Shown here: positions 11,761-21,136 of the stretch, in pieces
Layout: every line of letters starts with the position of its first letter
How positions within the stretch are numbered: position 1 is the stretch's first letter
Origin: Ostrea edulis
Taxonomy: Eukaryota
Assembly (NCBI RefSeq): GCF_947568905.1
Contig: NC_079165.1
Span: 83,700,001-83,764,000 of the forward strand
Direction of reading: 5' to 3'
DNA: 64,000 nt
Notes under the pieces: generated by a model
Told to the model about the DNA's origin: nothing
Database searches by the model: none
What the model saw: only the letters and a program-made list of their open reading frames with translations
Translations under genes and position numbers: made by a program

Positions 11761-13691
11761 CTTAGTATGCCATTAACATTTATGATCAATAAAAAATCTT
11801 AGAAACAAATCTGGAAGACTCTGCGGTGTCTTTTATTTCGAGTTCACTGGGATGTATGTTCTTCTATTTAATTATGAAATCAGTATTTGTAGGATATCAG
11901 TGGTTCATAATGTCACTGTACAATTGATTTTGAAGGCAGAAACTGGAGTGCGCTCACTCTAGGAAATGTTGAGTTTGCGAAAAAGACCACACGAGAAAGG
12001 GCGAAACCACCAGGATGAAGCCAAATATATGATTTATATAGGAAATGAATACTTTTCCGGGGTTGGAATATTCTTATTCATTGACCAATTTCATTGCATT
12101 GAAGGTGAAAATATCGAACATTGATCAATCTCATAACTCCTATATAAGGAATACAAAATAAAGATTTGGGCATCAGGTGTCTAGGAGGAGTAATGATCCC
12201 CCATCGGGTCCAACTCTCAATTTTGTATTCCTTATAGGATTTATGAAATTGAGATTTCATAAAATTGAGTACGTTATCTTCACATTTTCATATCACCAAA
12301 TCTTCTAGAAATGCTTTGGTACACCGGCACATAAAAGCAGACCAGACTTCAACTCTATTCTGGAGAAAAATTTAATCGAGTTTTCATAGGGAAAATCTCT
12401 AACTACTTGTTTCAAAATATTTCCATCAATGATTTAACATTTTAAAGGCCCTGAAAACACAGACAACTAATGCAAAAAAAATAATCTGGCATGACATCCT
12501 GTTGAGCGATGTATGAATAATTAGTAAAAATTCATGAAAGCAAGTATACTATATATAGTTTGTCTTTACCACAGTTATCCCCCTTTTATTTCCTGTAATA
12601 GCTACATCTCTCATAATTCACAAGATTAAAGCTGACATGAATTAATAAATACGTACACCTTTCTCATCTTATCCGCCATATTTCTCTCAGGTAGCCCAAT
12701 TTACTCTACCCGTGAGTGATTTTTCTAGGTGGATTCGACCAGTGCACATCTCCGATAGTAATATATAGGGAATGAGAAACAAATAAAATCACATTTTAAA
12801 ACATTATGCTTTGCTCAAAATTACAAAATATTTATTGTATACCAATGCAACATTCTGGAAGTTTTGATAAGTTAGACAAAAATGCAAAAAAAAAACAACC
12901 AAAAAAACAACAACAAAAAAAAAAAAACCCGGTTTTCTTGCATACTTGCAAGTGCATGCAAGTATTTGCTGTTTCTTATATAATAAATGCGGATAAATCA
13001 TTTGCCAATTACATACTGATAGAATGGAATACACAAAGAGCATAAAATATATTATTTATATCAATTCTTGCAAAATAAAGGTGCATGCCATATGCATAAT
13101 ATGTAATGCGTAAGGTATATTCGCAAAAAAAGCCCCACCAAAAACCCGTATCAAATACGGCCGTCTATTCAACAGGTATCGGAGATGTGCACTTACCGAA
13201 AATATTATATTCTCTTTATTCCGATAAATCCACGAAACAAAATGATAAACTCCATTTGTATCTCGTTAGAACTTTACAACACGTTGTCATTCCATTATAC
13301 AGACTGCGACACACTTCACCCGTGCTTCAATCAGGGGAGATGTCAGAGTCGAAATTTTTTCCTGTATTGAATGCTTGTCTGGTCGAGGTTTTGCAGTTTG
13401 AATATAGAAATGGGGAATCTAATATCTGGTTGGATATATTGCGTGCACAATTCAAAATTTATCGATGATCATATACAAACTTGGATATACAAATAAGGGA
13501 ACAATGATCAAAAATATATATCTGTGTGAAAATGCGCGTATTACATTTGCAATCAACAATAAACAGTTGAATACACAAAGACACATCTAAAAGGAAATGT
13601 ATAAACGAAAATATAGTTTTGTTTTCTCTTTTGCAACCACATGATGAAATTATTTACGGTCTCTGTATGCCCATATTCATTGATTGAACAG

Positions 13692-13708
13692 GAGAGAGAG
13701 AGAGAGAC

Positions 13709-13757
<49 letters not shown>

Positions 13758-13773
13758 AGAGAGATGGAGAGAG
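13692..13773. repeat. (GA)n microsatellite
   Basis: Direct; length varies among units (35676-35772, 57943-58020). Confidence 0.95.
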
Positions 13774-13798
13774 ACCGTCCTACTTCGATGTACAATAT

Positions 13799-14099
13799 CA
13801 GTGGCGGATTTAAGGGGGTGCAGCCGGCGCCCCCCCCCCTTAAAAATTTCAAATTTAAGGTAAATCGTGGTATCTTCTTTAGAAAAATGTACTCAACGAT
13901 AAAAGAAGCAATAATTTCTTCCACTCCCTGAGAAATAAATGACAAAATCTTTTGATTTCTTGAATTACTTTATTGGGAGAACTTAATTTTTTCTAAAAAT
14001 CCTTAAAATTAGCGTCATTTTATTATTTTCACCTCAAGGCGGTTCGCAGACCCCCTGCCTCATAAAGTGGCGCCCCCCGTAACCACAATTCCTGGATCC
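13799..14099 (+). mobile_element. ~300-bp MITE-like element starting CAGTGGCGGAT, 3' TIR truncated
   Basis: Begins CAGTGGCGGATTTAAGGGGG; ends AATTCCTGGATCC without the GCCACTG that would complete the inverted end. Copies start at ~35799 and ~58046. Confidence 0.45.
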
Positions 14100-14462
14100 T
14101 TGAAAATATTATCGCATATCCACGCTTGTCTTGGATATGCGCATTTATCTCCGTAACTGTATCCTCGTCAGTTTTTACTAAAAGGGAAAGGGGGGGGGGA
14201 GAGTTCTTATTTATTCCGGGAAATTTAATTCTGCAATAGTCTAATATATATTGACACGTACACGTCACGTCCTTTCTGGAACATTCTTCCAAACGGCGTG
14301 GTCATCAATTTGGTGCAGCATCAATTCTATCCATATCACTTTAAAATATGCCCAAGACCAAATCAAAAAGGGGGGCACCCAGATCCACGACGTCGGACCA
14401 GTCTCAGCATGCTCAGGCAGTACACACAGGGCAATGCTGACCCCAGCGTAGCACATGGCGGA

Positions 14463-14525
14463 GTCCAGCCACAGATACCTGTCGTCCAGCCACAGATACC
14501 TGTCGTCCAGCCTCAGATACCTGTC
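14463..14525 (+). repeat. 3 x 21-bp coding repeat (VQPQIPV) in the gag N-terminus
   Basis: GTCCAGCC(A/T)CAGATACCTGTC x3. Confidence 0.9.
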
Positions 14526-14690
14526 CTCCATCCCAAAAACCACTTTTAACCCCCACAGCGGGTGCAGCCTGGGGTAGAATTAACGCCAAGTACAGGTAAT
14601 GATATTTTGCACAATGAATTTAATCAGGGCCTACAACCGTTACCTACAATGATCAATTCAAACCAGGCCCCATTGGCATATCATGTTATT

Positions 14691-15703
14691 ATGGAGCGCC
14701 AAATTAACATAAACTCAAATAATTGAAGATATCTTCAATTATTTGAAGATATCATCAATTAAATTATTGCTCACTTTAATTGAATTAATGCGCGCATTAA
14801 ATCAATTATTGCTCTAATCAAATGAATTAATGCGCGCTTCAATTCTATTATTGCTCACATCAATTGAATTAATGCGCGCATCAATTGAATTAATGAGAGC
14901 AATAATTGATTTAATGCGCGCATTAATTCAATTATTGCTCTCTTCAATTCAATTGATGCGCGCATTAATTCAATTAATGAGAGCAATAATAGATTTGATG
15001 CGCGCATTAATTCAATTATTGCTCTCTTCAATGCATTTGATGAGAGCATCAATTTAGTAGAAATATTGCTCGCAATAATTAATTTAGAGCTCGGTTTAAA
15101 TAATTTGATGATCTCTTTAATTCAATTGAAGATATCTTTAAATCATTTACAATGCTTTTGTATAAGGAATTAATGCGCGCATCAATTCTTTTAAAGAGAG
15201 CAACAATTCAATTAAAGATATCATTAATTCAATTGTGGATATGTTGAATTGAAGATATCTTTAATTATATAGTTGCTCTCTCTAAAAGAATTATTGCTCT
15301 CTTCAAATGAATTAAAGATATCATTAATTCAATTGAAGAGAGCAATAATTGAATTAATGCGCGCATCAATTCAATTATTGCTCTCATCAATTGATTTAAT
15401 GCGCGCATTATATCAATTATTGCTCTCTTCAATTGAATTGTAGCGCGCATCAATTCAATTGTTGATATCATTAATTCATTTGAAGAGATCATTAATTCAA
15501 TTGAAGCGCGCATCAATTCAGTTGAAGAATTAATGCTATCATCAATTTAATTAATGCGCGCAGTAATTCAGAATTGAAGATATCATTAATTATTTGAAGA
15601 GATCTTTAATTCAATTGTTGCGCGCATCAAATGAATTAATGATATCTTCAAATAATTGAAGATATCTTCAATTATTTGAGTTTATGTTAATTTGGCGCTC
15701 CAT
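14691..15703. mobile_element. Foldback/MITE element (1013 bp) inserted in gag, copy 1
   Basis: At least 65-bp perfect TIR (ATGGAGCGCCAAATTAACATAAACTCAAATAATTGAAG...); interior of ~21-bp palindromic subrepeats (TTAATGCGCGCATTAA); duplicated flank ATGTTAT (14683-14689 and 15704-15710). Confidence 0.9.
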
Positions 15704-16143
15704 ATGTTATAACCACACTAAACATAAAATAGTCAACGGTGAATTTGTTAATTTAGCCACTTTGCTTGTACGTGACAGCAGTAATTCTCAGATAGCATCT
15801 ATTCTCTCAGTCAACAAATTTGGCCAAATTATTGCATATCCTAAGCAATCAAACAAAATCACTACTATTGAACGCTGGACAGATGCGTTCCTCATATTTA
15901 CTAGCATATATATTGCTGGTCATCCAGAAAAAACACAGCAATTATTAAAGTACGTCCACGACGTTAGACTGGGGGCAGAAAAGTCACAGGGTTGGCCTAA
16001 TTATGACGAGCAGTTTCGCTTGCGCATGGCAACTAATCCGTCTATGGACTGGGGCAGGGTTGATGCAGAGCTTTGGCTCATTTACATGACCCCTTCAAAC
16101 ACCCCATCCCCCCAGCCACCATCAAATCAGTATCTCAAGTGCT

Positions 16144-17974
16144 TTGATTATAATTACAAGGGGTCGTGCCACAAGATTCAGTGTAGATATTTACACCGTT
16201 GCCTTAAGTGTGGCGACAACCATCCGTCAAGTGATTGTGCTAAAACCCAGGCTAAGGCGGGCAAACCAGGGGGACCAAGCAACAATCAGCCCTTTTGGGC
16301 CAATAGCAACCAGTCACAATCCTTTAGCCCAAGCCAAACCAGACAGCAGTCTGGATATATGGGCCCTGGCAAATTCGCCAATAAATACTAGCATAGTTGT
16401 TAGTTATCTCCACACATACCCAGACACTACATCAGCTATTTCTTTTTTTAAAAATGGTCTAATTCGGGGGTTTAGATTGCAGTATTCGGGTCCTCGACTG
16501 CCAATGTTTTGTAGTAATCTTGTATCAGCCACTGAGCACACAGAGGTGTTGCAAGAAAAAATCCATAAAGAGGTGCTTGAAGGACGAATGGCTGGTCCTT
16601 TTGACCACCCCCCATTGCATAATTTACACGTTTCCCCAATAGGTGTCGTTCCGAAGGCAGATGGCGGTTGGCGCATGATCACACATCTTTCTTACCCACC
16701 GTCAAATAGTATAAACCACCATATCGACCCGGTTCACAGATCTGTTAAGTATACCCCATTTGATACTGTAGTCCAAACCATTAGTCTTTTGGGCAAGGGG
16801 ACGTTCATTGCAAAAGTTGATATCAAAAGTGCGTTCAGGTTAATTCGGGTTCATCCAGCTGATTTCGAACTCTTGGGCTTGCATATGAATGGCAGTTTTT
16901 ATATTGATAAGTGTTTACCTTTTGGTTGCGCTATTTCATGCAAAATTTTTGAAATGTTCTCATCATTTTTAGAGTGGTTGGTCATAGCTAAATCAGGGAT
17001 TGAAACGGTTCACCATTACTTGGATGATTTTATTTTTGCAGGCAGTGCGCATACAAGCCATTGTCATGTCCTTATGCATACATTTCAGTCTATGTGTGTC
17101 GAGATGGGAATACCTTTGAACCAGGATAAATCTGTTCAACCCACTACCTGTTTAATATTTCTCGGTCTGGAGATTGATACTATCAAAATGCAAATTAGAA
17201 TACCCCGAGAAAAGGTTGACGAAGTCATGAATCTCCTACTCTTCTGGGTCTCGAAAAATAAAATTAAGTTATCTACCCTTCAGAGCCTGGTGGGCAAGTT
17301 AAATTTTTTTTGGCAAAGCAATACTCGGTAGCAGGGCATTCAACCGTAGATTTTACAACGCCACGATTGGTCCCACTAAGCCATCGCATCATATCAGAAT
17401 CAATCACTCAATGCGTGAAGACATGAATACATGGATAAGTTTTTTGAGGGGATTCAATGGTGTAGTGTATTTCCCAGAGAGGGAGTGGGCCACCCACAAC
17501 ACTTTACAACTGTTCACGGACAGTGCAGGTGGATCTAGTTTAGGTTGCGGGTGTTATTTTCAGGGTCAGTGGACCTACCTTCAATGGCCACATGATTGGA
17601 CCATTACTTCAATCTTGAAAGACATCACATTTTTAGAACTTGTGCCCATTGTGCTAGCCATATCAGTATGGGGCAGTAGGTTGCAAAACAAAAAGATACT
17701 ATTTCATGTGGACAATATGGCCTTAGTACACATTCTTAACAAACAGTCATCTAAGTCACATCGGGTTATGTCGTTTGTTAGGCCACTTATCCTTCAAACA
17801 TTGCACTTCAATATTCAGTTCAAAGCCCAGCATATCCCTGGGAAAACAAATAAAATTGCTGATTCTATATCTCGCAAGCAGTGGGACTTGTTCAGGAACC
17901 TGGCACCTACAGCCGATCACAACCCTCAGCTAATCCCAGCTTCGTTCCAGAGGCTGCTTTGTCAAGTGAAATAA
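16144..17974 (+). pseudogene. pol: Reverse transcriptase / RNase H ORF, split by a +1 frameshift at a T8 run (~17304-17311)
   Basis: VSPIGVVPK, KVDIKSAFR, LPFG, HYLDDF (RT); LFTDSAG, DITFLELVPI, FHVDN, NKIADSISR (RNase H). Removing one T gives the continuous reading KLNFFGKAILGSRAFNRRF...MREDM. Confidence 0.92.
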
Positions 17975-18842
17975 GCCGCCTTTTACACTCATCCTTGTCA
18001 GCAAACACCAACCAAGCATATATGGTGGGTATTCAGGCATTCAACCATTTCCGTAGCATTCAGGGACTACCTAACACATGGCCACCACCGGATGCTCACA
18101 TCAATACATTTATTGCACATTTATCCATACACGGTTACAAGCAATCCACAGCTAAAGCATACATCTCTGCCATTAGTTTTTATTGCAAACTCCACTGGAA
18201 TGCGGATCCGACTAAGCATTTTATAGTGCAGAAATTGTTGCAGGGTATGAAGCGCACAAATTCAATATCGGATGCCCGTTTACCTATCACATTGGGCATT
18301 TTGGAACTAATCATAAATAAACTACAGGTGGTATGCTCTAGCATGTATGAGACCCTTCTTTTTAAAGCATCATTCTCACTAGCTTTTAATGCCTTGCTTA
18401 GGATAGGGGAATTTGCTTTGTCAAAGGGCAATTCTGTGGATCGGGTTTTACATACTGGGGACATTTCCCTGCACACTAACTATTTAACAATTCACATTAG
18501 ATATTCGAAAACTGACCAATTAGGTAGGGCACCACATTGACAGTACATAAGATGACCGGAACTACTTGTCCAATACAGGCCATGCACGATTATATGGAGG
18601 TTAGGGCACCGAAAGCGGGGCCATTATTTTGTCATTACTCTGGTCAGCCTCTTACTCGTTACCAGTTTACCTCAGTTCTGTCACGCTCGCTTAATTTAGC
18701 GGGGATAGACAGTAGGCACTTCAAATCCCACTCGTTTCGCATTGGTGCAGCAACTACACTCGCTCAACAAGGCATGTCAGCCGAAGTTATTCAAGCGGCA
18801 GGTCGATGGAGATCTGTTGCATATCAGTCATATATTCGCTAA
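17881..18842 (+). pseudogene. Tyrosine recombinase, split by a 1-nt deletion near 18526-18540
   Basis: Catalytic motifs LLRIGE, RYSKTDQ, SHSFRIGAAT, AGRWRS and YQSYIR are all present. Adding one G to AGGGC gives DQLGRGTTLTVHK, joining the 17881 and 18537 ORFs. Confidence 0.92.
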
Positions 18843-18857
18843 TCTCTTAACGTTCAT

Positions 18858-19487
18858 ATGCCTTGGGTATTTGCATGCCTAACATTCACCAAGTTCTTCA
18901 TAGGTCCAATTAAAGTGTGGATTGTTGGATCCTCCATTATTAAGAGGGCAGCAGTGGCTGCCAGATCCAGGACAGGGGGACCAAACCTTAACGTTCCAAA
19001 CACGACCATTTGGTGGCAAGGTTACGGGGGTATGAATTTATACGAGTTGGTGCCGAAACTTAAAATATTACAGCAGGTGCAAGATATTCCTGATCTTATC
19101 ATTGTTCATTGTGGGGCAAACAACCTTGGCCGTACCAACCTGTGGTCACTGGTCAGACTTCTTCAGTCTGCTATACTAGAAATAACCAAACGTTTTCCTA
19201 GTGTGAAATTAGTGTGGTCCTCACTGCTACCTAGATTTAGTTGGCGTTATTCTACACAGATACAGGCAATGGAAAACGCCAGAGCAAGAATTAACAGGGA
19301 GGGTATTAGGCTAATAGCTTCAAAGGGTGGGGCGTTCATCAAACACACACAATTTGAAGCTAAGCCCGTTCATCTGTATCATTCTGATGGTGTGCATCTG
19401 TCACAGCTCGGGAATGACTTATTTCTCAATAATCTACAAGGTACCCTTGAAACCTTCATTGGTGGCAGGGTTAATGCGTTTCCTTAG
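18858..19487 (+). CDS. SGNH/GDSL-type hydrolase (209 aa), intact
   Basis: Block I VWIVGSS, block II QGYGG, block III VHCGANN, block V DGVHLS. The true start may be spliced (acceptor at 18903). Confidence 0.85.
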   Translation: MPWVFACLTFTKFFIGPIKVWIVGSSIIKRAAVAARSRTGGPNLNVPNTTIWWQGYGGMNLYELVPKLKILQQVQDIPDLIIVHCGANNLGRTNLWSLVRLLQSAILEITKRFPSVKLVWSSLLPRFSWRYSTQIQAMENARARINREGIRLIASKGGAFIKHTQFEAKPVHLYHSDGVHLSQLGNDLFLNNLQGTLETFIGGRVNAFP

Positions 19488-20362
19488 ACCTGTTTCGATT
19501 TGCGGCAATCTGGTTAGCGGTGACCATTTGAATTGGCGTACTGCCGCCGTCACCACGGTTCTGGGCACTCCCTTTGTGGCGGTTGCAGTCCCACAAACGC
19601 TCCTGTTTCACGGGCGTGTGTGGCACGTGCAAGTGGCGTTTCGGCGCACCCCAACTCAAATGGAGGAGTGCACCCAATATTCTGCAGCTTCATGCCATGA
19701 ACTTGAAAATTTGCAGTATTGATTGATGATTGAATTGATGATTGAATGATGGAATTGTTGACATTGAATTGTCGGACTATTGATTGATTGATTTAATATC
19801 TTAATTCTTGTATTATTGATTGATTTATTGTATTTGCATTTGGTGACGTTGTGCACTTGCGTTTACCCAGTGCGCAATTCGCCCATCTGGGGCCGTCACA
19901 TTTGATTGATTGATTGATTGTTGAGGGGGCGGCTCTGTGGTAGCCCCCAACCATCACCGCGGCCAAGAGCGCCAAAACAAATAAATACCGTTCATTATTA
20001 TAGTGGTTGTACAGTGTTATTTTTGGACAGGAATCGGTGATAAAAAATATATATACTCATGCTCATCATTATACATACATGTAATCACCTTGTACCTTAT
20101 TGGAGAAGGCTTATATAGGCTGCAAGCCTGCTGCCTAATCCATTTATGCTTCATACATATTATTTGCATTACAAAATAACAAAAAAGAATATTGTTATTA
20201 AAGGTGGGGGAAAGACACTCTTGTCCCCTCCCCTTGATTCTATGTGTTTGATAACGACGCATAATATGATAAACTCGATTATTACATTTGCATTAGTACA
20301 ATTTGCATCGAGTTCAACGCAGAATGTAATAACGCAAAATGGCATAGATATATATAAGATCT

Positions 20363-20560
20363 ATTGAGCGCCAAATTAGCATAAAATGAAGTAATCGAAA
20401 ATAACATTATTAAAAGATATGCTTAATTTTTAATTATTGTGTGTTTTAAATGAATCAAACAAATCTGTATTATCAATTGATGAGAGCAATATTGAGTTAC
20501 TAGTACTGTTCTCTTTTAATGAATTAACGATATCATTTGTCTTAATAAGAGCGCGATTAT
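20363..20560. mobile_element. Degraded one-ended remnant of the same foldback family
   Basis: ATTGAGCGCCAAATTAGCATAAA resembles the TIR; TCAATTGATGAGAGCAATA resembles the subrepeat. Also present at ~42413-42610. Confidence 0.55.
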
Positions 20561-20568
20561 TACAAGGT

Positions 20569-20572
<4 letters not shown>

Positions 20573-20613
<41 letters not shown>
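20573..20613. repeat. (CT)n microsatellite
   Basis: Direct; copy at 42623-42672. Confidence 0.95.
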
Positions 20614-20616
<3 letters not shown>

Positions 20617-20815
20617 CCATACACTCGTACAGTGTTGTATATGCAAATTATATATGCATAAACAATTTCTGTACCTAAATGATTTCCTGATTTATAAATC
20701 TGCAATACTCTGACCAGTAAATCATATGGTATAAGGATTCATGCACAATACAGGGTAAATATTCTACTCTGATACTTCCCCTGATTGAAGATAGCTGATC
20801 GGCACGGGCTAAGTG

Positions 20816-21136
20816 CAAGGTGAAGATAACGAACAGTGATCAATCTCATAATTCCTACAAGCAATACAAAATAGATAGTTGGGCAAACACGGACCCCTGG
20901 ACACACCAGAGGTGGGATCAGGTGCCTAGGAGGAGTAAGCATCCCCTGTTGACCGGTCAAACCCGCCGTGAGCACCATATCCCGATCAGGTAAACGGAGT
21001 TAGCCGCAGTCAAATTCAGTGTGCCAAGAACGGCTTAACAATCAGTATGAAACACGTCAGACAGCATTTGACCCAATGCGAGGTTGTATTGACGAACTAG
21101 ATCGTTATAACGACCATAGAATTTGCGAAATGCTGA
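20816..21136 (-). mobile_element. 321-bp Penelope-like 3' fragment with 7-bp TSD, inside the right arm of the TTAA element
   Basis: CTAAGTG at 20809-20815 and 21137-21143; copy at 42878-43198. Confidence 0.85.

Larger units (their letters stand above)
14348..16391 (+). pseudogene. gag: Gag-like ORF1, disrupted (23-bp deletion, in-frame TAA, foldback insertion)
   Basis: The C-terminal part (15711-16391) has KIVNGEFVNLATLL, WTDAFLIF, WPNYDEQFR and a Cys/His finger CFDYN..GSC....CRYLHRCLKCGDNHPSSDC typical of DIRS/Ngaro Gag. The N-terminal part begins MPKTKSK at 14348. Confidence 0.85.
14250..19990 (+). mobile_element. Tyrosine-recombinase retrotransposon (DIRS order, Ngaro-like) with SGNH hydrolase, copy 1; ends approximate
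   Basis: Overlapping gag, RT/RNase H and YR ORFs followed by an SGNH ORF; no methyltransferase domain after RNase H; visibly higher GC than the flanks. Terminal repeats were not found, so the boundaries are estimates. Confidence 0.9.

Noticed and set aside
13106-13468. 120-125 aa ORF in the left arm as a transposase, LINE RT or host exon
   Set aside because: No DDE, THAP or RT motif I could support. The frame differs among units, and the homologous right arm is not open.
13553-13945. ERERER / SLSLSL ORFs
   Set aside because: (GA)n microsatellite translation.
14830-15516. Leucine-rich 'LMRA(I/L)I(E/Q)' ORFs on both strands
   Set aside because: Translation of the 21-bp foldback subrepeats; they are open on both strands and not a real LRR or coiled-coil gene.
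17300-17331. Programmed -1 frameshift at the T8 run
   Set aside because: The downstream RNase H frame is +1, and the break falls inside a normally continuous RT-RH polypeptide.
16404-18476. Minus-strand ORFs at 16404-16682 and 18180-18476
   Set aside because: Antisense shadows of the RT and YR coding frames.
16144-19487. Bacterial retron, DGR or prophage integrase interpretation of RT + YR + hydrolase
   Set aside because: A Gag with a Cys/His finger, RNase H, overlapping ORFs and microsatellite/MITE-rich surroundings fit a eukaryotic DIRS-order retrotransposon.
19327-19975. 131-aa ORF overlapping the SGNH end and nearby 60-68 aa ORFs
   Set aside because: Non-ATG or weak starts and no recognisable domain; apparent conservation just reflects recent duplication.
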